From the NCBI GenBank assembly GCA_023269085.1, contig JAHFML010000001.1:256356-307295 (forward strand): a stretch of DNA of 50,940 nucleotides, written 5' to 3'. The notes beneath the pieces are model-generated. The model was not told the DNA's origin, made no database searches, and worked only from the letters and a program-made list of their open reading frames with translations. The translations under genes and the position numbers were made by a program. Below, piece after piece: positions 40,635 to 48,573 of this stretch (position 1 is the stretch's first letter; each line of letters starts with the position of its first letter). This DNA is from a bacterium. Lineage in GTDB: Bacteria; Patescibacteriota; Minisyncoccia; Phycocordibacterales; Phycocordibacteraceae.

Positions 40635-42164
40635 ATGTCGCTCAAAATCATTCTCATTCTTCTCGCCATCTCGGGCATGGGCGGTATCATGCTCGGCTAT
40701 GTCCTGCGCGTCCTTATCGGCCTCGCGAGCCGCGGCTCTATCGAGCTCGAGGTCAAGCAGAAGCTCCTCCAGGCCAAGGAGCAGGCGGCCAAGATCGTCG
40801 CTAATGCCGAGTTCCGGAGCGCTATCGTCGAGACCGAGCGTCTCGCGCCGGTCGAAGAGCGTGAAGAGAAGGTTGTCTCGCGAGAAGAGCGTCTCGATGC
40901 TCGAGAAGAGTTCATCGACTCGCGCCAGCGCGATCTCGATGAGAAGGAGGCCGAGGTGCGCGCGCGCGAGCAGGTGGCCGAGCGTGCCAAGAGCGAGGCG
41001 AGCGACCTCGTCGCGGCCCGCACGCGCGAGCTCGCGAAGGTGGCGAATCTGTCCGAGGACAAAGCGCGCGAAGAGTTCTTCGCCGAGATAGAGCGGACCT
41101 ATGAGGAGTCGATCCTCTTGCGTCTCCAGAAGCTCGAGGCGCACGGCCGCGAACGTATCGAAGAGAAGGCGCGCGACCTGCTCACGACGGCTATCCATCG
41201 CCTCGGGAGTGCGGTGAACGCCGAGACGATGGCGCTCTCGGTCACCCTCCCCTCTGAGGAGGTGAAGGGCAAAATTATCGGGAAGGAGGGGCGCAATATA
41301 AAGGCCTTCGAACGCGCGACCGGTGTCGACGTCATCATCGATGACGTTCCGAACCGTATCTCGATTTCTTCATTCGACCCGCTTCGACGCGCGATAGCGA
41401 AGCTCGCCCTCGAGAAGCTTATTGTCGATGGCCGCATCCAGCCGACGCGCATAGAAGAGGTCGTCGAGAAGACGCGCGCCGAAGTGGCCGATGTGCTAAA
41501 AGAAAAAGGCGAAGCCGCCGCCTATGAGGCTGGCGTCGTCGGGCTCGACCCGAAGCTTATCGCGCTCCTCGGCCGCCTCCACTTCCGCACGAGCTTCGGC
41601 CAGAATGTGCTCCGTCACTCGATCGAGATGGCGCACTTGGCGGGGGTGCTCGCCGCCGAGCTCGGCGCGGATGTAACGGTCGCGCGCGCCGGCGCCCTCC
41701 TCCACGACATCGGCAAGGCGGTTGATCACGAGGTGCAGGGTACGCATGTCGAGATCGGTCGCCGTATCCTCGAGAAGTTCGGCGTCGACACACGCGTTAT
41801 CCAAGCGATGCAGTCGCACCATGACGAATATCCCTTTGAGACGCCCGAGTCGGTCATCGTGCAGGTTGCCGACGCTATCTCTGCGGGTCGCCCGGGTGCG
41901 CGGCGCGACACCGTCGACCGATTCCTCGAACGCCTCGGCGACCTCGAACGCCTCGCGGGCGCCTATGAGGGCGTCGAGAAGGTCTATGCTATCGCCGCCG
42001 GCCGCGAGATCCGCGTCTTCGTCAATCCGGGCCGGGTCTCTGACGTCGCGATGCACAAGCTCGCCCGCGATATCGCGAAGCGCATCCAAGACGAGCTCAA
42101 ATATCCAGGCGAGATCAAGGTCAATATCATCCGCGAGAACCGCGTCGTCGAGTTCGCGCGGTAG
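40635..42164 (+). CDS. rny: ribonuclease Y
   Basis: N-terminal TM helix, long charged coiled coil, KH (..GKIIGKEGRNIKAFERATGVDVIID), HD domain (..LLHDIGKAVDHE..). 509 aa. Confidence 0.92.
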   Translation: MSLKIILILLAISGMGGIMLGYVLRVLIGLASRGSIELEVKQKLLQAKEQAAKIVANAEFRSAIVETERLAPVEEREEKVVSREERLDAREEFIDSRQRDLDEKEAEVRAREQVAERAKSEASDLVAARTRELAKVANLSEDKAREEFFAEIERTYEESILLRLQKLEAHGRERIEEKARDLLTTAIHRLGSAVNAETMALSVTLPSEEVKGKIIGKEGRNIKAFERATGVDVIIDDVPNRISISSFDPLRRAIAKLALEKLIVDGRIQPTRIEEVVEKTRAEVADVLKEKGEAAAYEAGVVGLDPKLIALLGRLHFRTSFGQNVLRHSIEMAHLAGVLAAELGADVTVARAGALLHDIGKAVDHEVQGTHVEIGRRILEKFGVDTRVIQAMQSHHDEYPFETPESVIVQVADAISAGRPGARRDTVDRFLERLGDLERLAGAYEGVEKVYAIAAGREIRVFVNPGRVSDVAMHKLARDIAKRIQDELKYPGEIKVNIIRENRVVEFAR

Positions 42165-42175
42165 TTATTTGTGAT

Positions 42176-42454
42176 ATGATGAATCACATGAATCAAGTTG
42201 CAAAAAAGACAGTAGATATAAAGACTCGCTACGGTGTTTTCTCGTGCATCTTTGAGCCGGAACGCGACATGGGTGGTTATACCGCTGAAGCTCTTGGTCT
42301 CTCGGGCGCGTTGTCGTGGGGCAAGACGCTCGTTGAAGCAAAGCGACATGTTGTCGAGGCGATCGAAGTTGCCGTTGAGGGTGATTCGGTTATCGCGGCG
42401 CATAAGGCGGGCTATGTAAGCTTGCGCAGGGTGCCCGCGCGTGCGCTCGCATGA
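42176..42454 (+). CDS. hicB: HicB-family antitoxin
   Basis: ..FEPERDMGGYTAEALGLSGALSWGKTLVEAKRHVVEAIEVAVE.. (UPF0150/HicB fold pattern). 4-nt overlap with hicA. Confidence 0.75.
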   Translation: MMNHMNQVAKKTVDIKTRYGVFSCIFEPERDMGGYTAEALGLSGALSWGKTLVEAKRHVVEAIEVAVEGDSVIAAHKAGYVSLRRVPARALA

Positions 42455-42675
42455 GCATACTACCCATACTCACCGCTCGTGAAGTGTTGCGCCGCTTGTC
42501 GCGCGCAGGGTTTCAGGTAGTGAGCCAGCGCGGGAGTCATACGAAATTGTGGAATCCTATCACCGGCAGGAGCACAGGCGTGCCGCTCCATGGCGGAAAC
42601 ACCATCGGCCGAGATCTGTTGCACAAGATACTGAAGCAAGCAGGTCTGTCGCTCGAAGAGTTTTTGAAACTGTAG
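42451..42675 (+). CDS. hicA: HicA-family mRNA interferase toxin
   Basis: LTAREVLRRLSRAGFQVVSQRGSHTKLWNPITGRSTGVPLHGGNTIGRDLLHKILKQAGLS, the YcfA/HicA signature with GSH. 74 aa. Confidence 0.8.
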   Translation: MSILPILTAREVLRRLSRAGFQVVSQRGSHTKLWNPITGRSTGVPLHGGNTIGRDLLHKILKQAGLSLEEFLKL

Positions 42676-42689
42676 TCTCGATACAAAAA

Positions 42690-42743
42690 AGATCAAGGTC
42701 AACATCATCCGCGAGAACCGCATCGCCCTCGTTCGCGGGGTAG
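42690..42743 (+). pseudogene. second copy of the rny 3' coding end
   Basis: agatcaaggtcaacatcatccgcgagaaccgcatcgccctcgttcgcggggtag aligns to rny 42112..42164, with a 1-nt indel and several substitutions near the end. Confidence 0.85.
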
Positions 42744-42770
42744 CAATACATAGGGTAGTCCTATGTATTG
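42744..42770. repeat. 27-nt palindrome between rny-end copies 2 and 3
   Basis: caatacatagg gtagt cctatgtattg. Confidence 0.8.
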
Positions 42771-42787
42771 TCGAGTTTGCGCGGTGA
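42770..42787 (+). pseudogene. third, partial copy of the rny 3' end
   Basis: gtcgagtttgcgcggtga versus rny gtcgagttcgcgcggtag (VEFAR*). Confidence 0.7.
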
Positions 42788-42821
42788 TTCCACCCTTATC
42801 CACTCGCCCTGTAAAGCCCTC

Positions 42822-42849
42822 TTGCATAATGGCGCGTACTTTCTATACT
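42822..42849 (+). promoter_or_regulatory. sigma70-like promoter TTGCAT-N16-TATACT for hup
   Basis: Direct reading. 34-nt leader to ATG 42884 without an obvious SD. Confidence 0.5.
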
Positions 42850-42883
42850 TTAGAAGTATTATCCATACAATAATTAAAAGATC

Positions 42884-43156
42884 ATGAACAAAGCAGATAT
42901 TGTCGACAAGGTTCACGGCGTTCTCGGCTCGACCAAGGCCGACGCCGAGCGTGCCGTCGAGACGGTCATCGACTCGGTCGTTGGCGCACTCAAGGGCGGC
43001 GACGAAGTCTCGATCGCCGGCCTCGGCATCTTCGCGACGAAGGCGCGCCCCGCGCGTCAGGGCCGCAACCCGCGCACCGGCGAGACGATTCACATCGCCG
43101 CGACCCGCACCGCGAAGTTCCGCCCCGCCAAGGCGCTCAAGGACGCGGTGAAATAA
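42884..43156 (+). CDS. hup: HU-family DNA-binding protein
   Basis: MNKADIVDKV..KADAERAVETVIDSV..GDEVSIAGLGIF..RPARQGRNPRTGETIHIAATRTAKFRPAKALKDAV. 90 aa. Confidence 0.93.
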   Translation: MNKADIVDKVHGVLGSTKADAERAVETVIDSVVGALKGGDEVSIAGLGIFATKARPARQGRNPRTGETIHIAATRTAKFRPAKALKDAVK

Positions 43157-43166
43157 GGTTAGAGAT

Positions 43167-43217
43167 AGAAATGCAACAGCACGCGGCGCCTCCGGCGCCG
43201 CGTGCTGTTGCATTTCT
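43167..43217. terminator. 24-bp-stem bidirectional terminator between hup and the convergent membrane-protein gene
   Basis: agaaatgcaacagcacgcggcgcc tcc ggcgccgcgtgctgttgcatttct. Confidence 0.7.
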
Positions 43218-43945
43218 TATGCCGCCCCTACCCCGAGCAGGTCGTGGCGCATCGCCTTACTTGGTCGCGGGAGCTTCGCGAAGAGGATGCCCGAGAGGAC
43301 ATAGAAGAGCATATGAATCAGGATAGCGTATACGATGCCGGCCTGAACGAAGATGATGAGGAAGGTGAAGGCGAAGCCGCCGAGCGCGGCGTAGGTCGTG
43401 TAGTAGATGCCCCAGAACATCCCTGCCGTGCGGAAGAGATAGAGATGCGCCGCGGCGAAGAGCACGACGAACACGCCGACGATAGTCGGGTAGGCCACGC
43501 CGCTCGTCGCGAGCGTGAGGATCATCGCGCCGGCGATAAGCTGTTGGAAGACGACATCAGCGATCTTCGCGATGATATAGCGCTCGCCTAAGGTCAGCAT
43601 CCCCTCTTCGGGCGAGAAGGCGAGGAGCCACTCGGGCCGGCCCGCGTGTTCTCGAGTCTCTCGGTAGAGGCCGGGGAAGATGACAAGCAACATGAAGGTG
43701 AGGAAGAAGTAATGCGTCGGCGTCACCTGCGCGAAGAGCGCGGCGGTCTGCGTCGGGAACATGAGCCCGACGACGAGCGACCACGCCGCGAAGTAGCCGA
43801 GCGAGCGCCACGGTGCGCCAGCGAAGGTGAGATGGAAGTGTTTGTTGAAGAGGTAGAAGTGAATAGCTCGCGCCGTCGCTGATAAGAGCACGAGCGCGCC
43901 GACCGGCACGATGAGATTTATATGGGCGGTGATGAATTGCATCAT
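43217..43945 (-). CDS. polytopic membrane protein, unknown function (242 aa)
   Basis: Seven or so hydrophobic segments. Start ATGATG lies 1 nt downstream of the tRNA-Gly 3' end. No motif recognised. Confidence 0.65.
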   Translation of the reverse strand: MMQFITAHINLIVPVGALVLLSATARAIHFYLFNKHFHLTFAGAPWRSLGYFAAWSLVVGLMFPTQTAALFAQVTPTHYFFLTFMLLVIFPGLYRETREHAGRPEWLLAFSPEEGMLTLGERYIIAKIADVVFQQLIAGAMILTLATSGVAYPTIVGVFVVLFAAAHLYLFRTAGMFWGIYYTTYAALGGFAFTFLIIFVQAGIVYAILIHMLFYVLSGILFAKLPRPSKAMRHDLLGVGAA

Positions 43946-43946
43946 G

Positions 43947-44017
43947 TGCGGGATAGGAGAATCGGACTCCTGCTCTCAGTTTGGAAAACTGACGTTCTAC
44001 CATTAAACTAATCCCGC
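43947..44017 (-). tRNA. tRNA-Gly (anticodon TCC), no encoded CCA, non-canonical T-loop
   Basis: GCGGGAT TA GTTT AATGGTA GAAC G TCAGT TTTCCAA ACTGA GAGC AGGAG TCCGATT CTCCT ATCCCGC A. Manual cloverleaf, 71 nt. The loop register gives UCC, not CCA. Confidence 0.8.
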
Positions 44018-44078
44018 CTCATAGCGAGAATACCATTTTTGCGTTTACACCGCGAAGCTCGATTATCGAGCGAAGTGG

Positions 44079-44087
44079 TGCTAGCCT
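44079..44087 (+). promoter_or_regulatory. TGCTAGCCT extended -10-like motif, 6 nt before ATG 44094
   Basis: Direct reading. Confidence 0.4.
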
Positions 44088-44093
44088 TTGCAT

Positions 44094-45227
44094 ATGCAAC
44101 GCCTCACGCCCTACGCGGGCATCATTGCCGCCGTCATGGTCGCCCTCGCGGTGCTCGCCTTCCGTTCGCCTACGGGCTCCCCCGTGCCACTTGTCGCGAC
44201 GACCACCGCGCCTTCGCTTACTGTCCTCCCTACTTCCGTCGCGACATCATCGGCTATTCAAGATGCCGCCGCACATCAAGCGATAGCAGCAACAACGCAT
44301 CCTGTCGCGCCCACCGCTCACAAAAAGGCCGTTTCAGCCGTTGCCTCCGTCTCTGCCCCAACACCAGAGCCGGTCGCGTCGGCAACTCCCCTGCCCCAAT
44401 CCGGCAACGGCTCGCTCGATGCGGCGGCCTCGACCCTGCGCAATGCGCTCGTGAATATCCTCTGCTCGGTCCCCGCGGGGAGCCGCCTCCACGCCATCTC
44501 GGGGAGCGGCATCATCATCGACCTCAAGGGCATCATCCTCACCAACGCGCACATCGCACAATACTTCCTCCTCGCGGATAAGGGCGTTTCCTGTGCTATC
44601 CGCACCGGGAGTCCGGCAGTGGATACCTACAAAGCCGCGCTTATCTACCTCTCGCCGCTCTGGGTCAACGCCAATCCGACCGTGCTCACCGAGGCTCTGC
44701 CGAGCGGCACGGGCGAATACGACTTCGCGCTCCTCGCGGTGACAAGCGGCGGGCCGGCAAATGCGTCGTTCCCCTTCATCCCGCTCGCCGCGACGCCGCC
44801 GACCACAGCCATCCCAGTCGTTATCGCCTCGTATGGCGCTCAATTCCTCCAGTCCGAACAAGTGCGCACTAACCTCTCCCCAACCATCGTATTCGGCTCG
44901 GTAAAGGACATCTTCACCTTCGGGACCAACAGCATCGATGTCCTTGATCTCGGTGGCTCGGCCGCAGCACAGGAGGGCTCTTCGGGCGGTGGGGTCGCTG
45001 CGGCGTCGGGTGAGCTGGTCGGCACCATCACGACGAGCACCGTGACCGGCTCGACCGACACGCGCTCCTTGAGCGCCATCACCGCCTCCTATATCCGCGC
45101 CGAATTCGCCCGCGAGACCGCGAGCACGCTCACTTCGCTGTTCGCCCAGCCGACCGCCGCCTCGATTGCCGACTTCGCCCACGAGATCCCCCTTCTCGAG
45201 TCGATCATCACGGCGAATTTACGATAA
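44094..45227 (+). CDS. membrane-anchored trypsin-like (S1) serine protease
   Basis: TM anchor ..YAGIIAAVMVALAVLAF, catalytic His GIILTNAHIAQY, Asp YDFALLAV, Ser AQEGSSGGGV. 377 aa. Confidence 0.8.
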   Translation: MQRLTPYAGIIAAVMVALAVLAFRSPTGSPVPLVATTTAPSLTVLPTSVATSSAIQDAAAHQAIAATTHPVAPTAHKKAVSAVASVSAPTPEPVASATPLPQSGNGSLDAAASTLRNALVNILCSVPAGSRLHAISGSGIIIDLKGIILTNAHIAQYFLLADKGVSCAIRTGSPAVDTYKAALIYLSPLWVNANPTVLTEALPSGTGEYDFALLAVTSGGPANASFPFIPLAATPPTTAIPVVIASYGAQFLQSEQVRTNLSPTIVFGSVKDIFTFGTNSIDVLDLGGSAAAQEGSSGGGVAAASGELVGTITTSTVTGSTDTRSLSAITASYIRAEFARETASTLTSLFAQPTAASIADFAHEIPLLESIITANLR

Positions 45228-45233
45228 ACCAAG

Positions 45234-45767
45234 CTACACCGCGCTCTTTTGCGGCACGAGCAATCTCCAGAGCATCGTCAGGAGTGTCCACGCGGCTAGG
45301 GCCATGCCGATCAGCCCGACATAGCCGAAGATATTGTGGAAGTCTATTCGAGCAGAGAATGTCATTTGTTCAGGCTTGTCGAGAAACCCTTGCACGAGAG
45401 AGATTGTCTGTTCTTTTTCTGCCGAATTCACGTTGCCCGTCCCGAAGAGGGAGAGCGGTATGTCTCCCGAAGGCGTGTAGAAGACGACAGAATCCACCGC
45501 GACAGATCTGGTGCGTACCATGCCCGCTGACGATGAGCGCGACTGTACCGTGCTCGAATGCTTCCCTATGCCGGTAACGCCAACAGCCTCGTCATGAAGC
45601 GCGTAGAGGCCGAGAAGGTGCTCGTCTGCAAGAGAACAATTAGGCGCAGAACCGACAGCAGAGCGAGAACATGCTACCGACATGGTCGTCCAGCCGACGA
45701 AGAGGAATCCGATCGACACAACAGCGAGGAATACGAACCCGAAGAAGCCCGCCAGTATTTTTTTCAT
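45234..45767 (-). CDS. membrane protein with N- and C-terminal TM helices, unknown function
   Basis: MKKILAGFFGFVFLAVVSIGFLFVGW.. and ..GYVGLIGMALAAWTLLTMLW. TATACT sits 8 nt upstream of the ATG. Confidence 0.6.
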   Translation of the reverse strand: MKKILAGFFGFVFLAVVSIGFLFVGWTTMSVACSRSAVGSAPNCSLADEHLLGLYALHDEAVGVTGIGKHSSTVQSRSSSAGMVRTRSVAVDSVVFYTPSGDIPLSLFGTGNVNSAEKEQTISLVQGFLDKPEQMTFSARIDFHNIFGYVGLIGMALAAWTLLTMLWRLLVPQKSAV

Positions 45768-45794
45768 ATGCTACCAGTATACACCCATGTTTTG

Positions 45795-45821
45795 TCGGGC
45801 CGTCTGGAGTTGAACCAGACC
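45795..45821 (-). pseudogene. 3' fragment of a tRNA-Pro-like gene (T-arm plus acceptor 3' strand), att-like remnant
   Basis: Minus strand reads GG TCTGG TTCAACT CCAGA CGGCCCG A. The acceptor strand is identical to tRNA-Pro at 47906. The T-stem differs by compensatory changes. No 5' half is present. Confidence 0.7.
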
Positions 45822-45853
45822 TAATACATTGTAGATACCTAGCGTCCACAACT

Positions 45854-45892
45854 CGGATCCCTCACTCGAGTCCCTCATCACCGCGAATTTGT
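45854..45892 (+). pseudogene. duplicate of the S1 protease 3' coding end
   Basis: ..ctcgagtccctcatcaccgcgaatttg tag (LESLITANL*) versus the gene end ctcgagtcgatcatcacggcgaattta cga taa (LESIITANLR*). 4 mismatches in 27 nt, 3 of them synonymous. Confidence 0.75.
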
Positions 45893-45899
45893 AGCCGCG

Positions 45900-46688
45900 T
45901 TATTTCTTGCTTTCAAAATAAGCCTCCGCAACTGTCTTTGCGTCGCTAAAGTTTCTCCATGCGAGCTCAAAGATCTGTCTGAACGATTGCGCGAAATCGA
46001 GACTTTCGATAATCACAATCTGCGATGCGCCGAGCAGGTCGATACGAACGAAGTCCAAAGCAGAATCAATAGAAACCGTGGGAGCGTATGCCTCTCGCGG
46101 GAGTACCTTAAGGTTGCTGTAATGTTCGGGCCCGTTATCCTTGATAATTCCCTCAAGTGACTCGTCGGTGGTGGTAAAACCGCGCAGTTTCGTTCCGTAT
46201 TTCTTATGATGTGCGTTCCATTCGAAGAAAAGTTGAAGCACTTCCGGGCTTGCTTGCGACGCCGAGGCGAAGAAACCGATGATTTCTTTCCCGCGCAGCT
46301 CTTTTTCTCGGTATTCGAGCGCTTGGCGCATACCGCCGACACCGTCGAAATACAGCGTGCGTGCTTTCTGCTGGCCAGTATTGTCTTTGTAGAGCGAGAG
46401 GAGCTCGGGCAAGGTCTCTCGTGCGGCGACAAACCGAGCTTCGGCCTTCTGCATCAATTCTTCAGGCGAAATGGCTGCGTAGCGCTTCCTTTTTTCGCGC
46501 GGGATGTAATACGCTAAGCCCTTCTCGACCAATTCGTCCAAAATCACGTAGGCAGTAGGCTTCTTGAGCCCAGATTTCATCGCGACACCATAGGCAGACC
46601 CGTTCCCGAGCTGGAGGAGCGCGATATATACGCGGGCTTCCTTTTCCGTGAGTCCAAGAGGCGATATCTTGTTAATCAGTTCGTCCAT
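45900..46688 (-). CDS. TrmB-family transcriptional regulator
   Basis: LGLTEKEARVYIALLQLGNGSAYGVAMKSGLKKPTAYVILDELVEKGL (TrmB wHTH) plus a C-terminal TrmB_C-like half. 262 aa. Confidence 0.75.
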   Translation of the reverse strand: MDELINKISPLGLTEKEARVYIALLQLGNGSAYGVAMKSGLKKPTAYVILDELVEKGLAYYIPREKRKRYAAISPEELMQKAEARFVAARETLPELLSLYKDNTGQQKARTLYFDGVGGMRQALEYREKELRGKEIIGFFASASQASPEVLQLFFEWNAHHKKYGTKLRGFTTTDESLEGIIKDNGPEHYSNLKVLPREAYAPTVSIDSALDFVRIDLLGASQIVIIESLDFAQSFRQIFELAWRNFSDAKTVAEAYFESKK

Positions 46689-46934
46689 AGCGTGATAGGG
46701 TCAGTATATATCGGAATAATTATATAGTCAATAAAAATATTGATATTCAGCACATATCGTAAATAGCATTGTATATACGCCATTTATATGGTAAACAGGT
46801 AGGTAAGATATAGCCATAACTCTTGACTATTGACTGGCGTTGGTATATGATGCGTGTAGATGATAAGTGAGTAGCTTATCTGCACCTTGAACCGGATCCG
46901 CGGGAATACCCCGCACAACATTGAGGAGATAGTC

Positions 46935-47432
46935 ATGTCCACAAACGCCCGTACCACCCGCGTCATCATCGTCGAAGATAAAGCCGATGAGCTGGGGAAA
47001 GCCATTACTGCTGTTAAGGCGGCGTTCGGGGAAAACGTCCTGATCAACACGGCAGGCACGTACGTCGGCTTTCGCAGAATCTCTGTCCCCCTCTTCATTG
47101 AGAGGGACGGCTGGAAAGAATACGAGGATGTTTTCGTCCTCACCGACATGATGTTCCCCGAAAAGGAGGGAGGAAAAGAAGAGCCGAATGGTCTTCTTGT
47201 GCTAGAGAACTGTATCTTCCATGGACATTTTGTCGCCGTGTGCAGCGATCTGTGTAATGGACACAATGCTGCGTGGCTATATCCTGCACTTAAGGCGTTG
47301 GGGAAGATGCACCCGCTTGGCAGCATACCGAAGGAGACGGGGTCAAAAAATTGGTCTCGTTGCATTGAAAAATTGGTGCAGTTTCGTGACCATTATCTCA
47401 GGAGCGATGCACCTGCTCCTTCCCAAGGGTGA
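46935..47432 (+). CDS. stand-alone receiver (CheY-like)-fold-like protein, speculative
   Basis: GGAGA 6 nt before the ATG. RVIIVEDKADELGKAI..VFVLTDMMFPEKEGG..NGLLVLENC..FVAVCSD follows the beta-alpha pattern and acidic pocket of receiver domains. No output domain. Confidence 0.45.
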   Translation: MSTNARTTRVIIVEDKADELGKAITAVKAAFGENVLINTAGTYVGFRRISVPLFIERDGWKEYEDVFVLTDMMFPEKEGGKEEPNGLLVLENCIFHGHFVAVCSDLCNGHNAAWLYPALKALGKMHPLGSIPKETGSKNWSRCIEKLVQFRDHYLRSDAPAPSQG

Positions 47433-47590
47433 CCCCGCGATTCTCTTCCGCGTGTAGATGAGACAGGTTTCGAGACATACCTGGGTAAAAAGTCTCGATA
47501 GGGGGAGCCTCGCTCCTCCTCTTTATAAAGTTTCTGAAATGATTTCGGGAACTTTTAGAGATCTGCTCTTTCCACCTCAGGAGAATTGAA

Positions 47591-47845
47591 ATGAAATTCA
47601 AGATTGTGTTGGGCGTGTTGGTCGGGTTCGTCCTCTTTGCGGGCATGCTGTGTGGACCAATCGTGATGTATTGGTTCCTCGGCATGACCGGGACGGTAGG
47701 CGACCTCCCACGGTTTGTCCAGACGTTTGTCGCGTATCTTGCCTGGCACGCCTCGATCATTGTCCCGCTCTTTGGCATCATTGGGGCCTATCTGTTCGCG
47801 GACCGCTTTCTCACCAGAGAAGAACGTGAACGGCTGAAAGGATGA
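47591..47845 (+). CDS. small two-to-three-TM membrane protein (84 aa)
   Basis: AGGAGA 7 nt before the ATG. MKFKIVLGVLVGFVLFAGMLCGPIVMYWFLG... Followed by a terminator. Confidence 0.6.
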   Translation: MKFKIVLGVLVGFVLFAGMLCGPIVMYWFLGMTGTVGDLPRFVQTFVAYLAWHASIIVPLFGIIGAYLFADRFLTREERERLKG

Positions 47846-47864
47846 TTCCTGACCAAGTACGCCC

Positions 47865-47889
47865 AAACCCACCAGTAATGGTGGGTTTT
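47865..47889 (+). terminator. intrinsic terminator
   Basis: aaacccacc agtaat ggtgggttt t. Confidence 0.65.
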
Positions 47890-47905
47890 CCTATTAAATG
47901 CTTAG

Positions 47906-47976
47906 TCGGGCCGCCGAGAGTCGAACTCGGCCAACATCCTCCCAAAGGATGCGTACTACCGCCATACGCCGGCCCG
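47906..47976 (-). tRNA. tRNA-Pro (anticodon TGG), no encoded CCA
   Basis: CGGGCCG GC GTAT GGCGGTA GTAC G CATCC TTTGGGA GGATG TTGG CCGAG TTCGACT CTCGG CGGCCCG A. C1-G72 and G37 are typical of tRNA-Pro. Position 8 is G rather than U. Confidence 0.8.
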
Positions 47977-48020
47977 CTTGCCTCGAGCGTTGTCGAGGGG
48001 CTCTTTGCACTCTAGCAGGT

Positions 48021-48416
48021 TTATACGATTTGCGGCAGATACGAGACGCGCGCCATGCCATCGCGCCTGCGGAGCCAGACGAGCGCGCCGTCGACCTGCC
48101 AGTCCCCCTCCCAGCGTTTCTCTAGGACATACCACTCCCCCGTCCGCGCAACTTTGCGGATCTTCGCCTCGTGCAAGTTTATCGAAGGGTCATACTCGTC
48201 GCCCGTGTGCGCCGCATCGGCAAATTCGTCAACCAGAATAGTCTTCACCTCGACGAAGTGGAGCGTATCTTCGCTCTCGGCGATGATATCGAGCTCGCCC
48301 GTCTTACGAGCAATATTTCGGTCGCGGATGGTGAATCCGTGCCGTTTCAGGTACTCGGCGGCGACCTTTTCCCCCAAATTTCCGACCTCTTTGCGGGTAT
48401 ACGCAGAAATGTTCAC
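48021..48416 (-). CDS. yraN: YraN-family (UPF0102) endonuclease-like protein
   Basis: GNLGEKVAAEYLKRHGFTIRDRNIARKTGELDIIAESEDTLHFVEVKT, the YraN signature. GTG start. Confidence 0.8.
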   Translation of the reverse strand: MNISAYTRKEVGNLGEKVAAEYLKRHGFTIRDRNIARKTGELDIIAESEDTLHFVEVKTILVDEFADAAHTGDEYDPSINLHEAKIRKVARTGEWYVLEKRWEGDWQVDGALVWLRRRDGMARVSYLPQIV

Positions 48417-48489
48417 GGCTTTTAGAAATAGGGCTTAGATACTGGATAATTTTAGGACGCTCGTTCAAAAATGCTTCACAGACATTCGT

Positions 48490-48522
48490 CCTTTATCCCC
48501 AATACTAACACCTTTATCCCCA
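48490..48522. repeat. two direct copies of cctttatcccca, 21 bp apart (each contains TTATCCCCA, 8/9 to the DnaA-box consensus)
   Basis: 48490-48501 and 48511-48522, in the yraN / tRNA-Gly spacer. Confidence 0.7.
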
Positions 48523-48573
48523 GTTTTTACGAAAGTCTTTTAGTGCGTGCACAGCGTAGCTTAAGCGAAGTTG

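Noticed and set aside
43947-44017. Initial reading of this tRNA as tRNA-Trp (CCA)
   Set aside because: Re-deriving the reverse complement gives stem TCAGT/ACTGA with loop TTTCCAA, so positions 34-36 are UCC (Gly). The acceptor GCGGGAT also matches Gly-type tRNAs.
44334-45182. 282-aa minus-strand ORF
   Set aside because: Antisense shadow of the S1 protease gene, which has its His/Asp/Ser triad in the plus frame.
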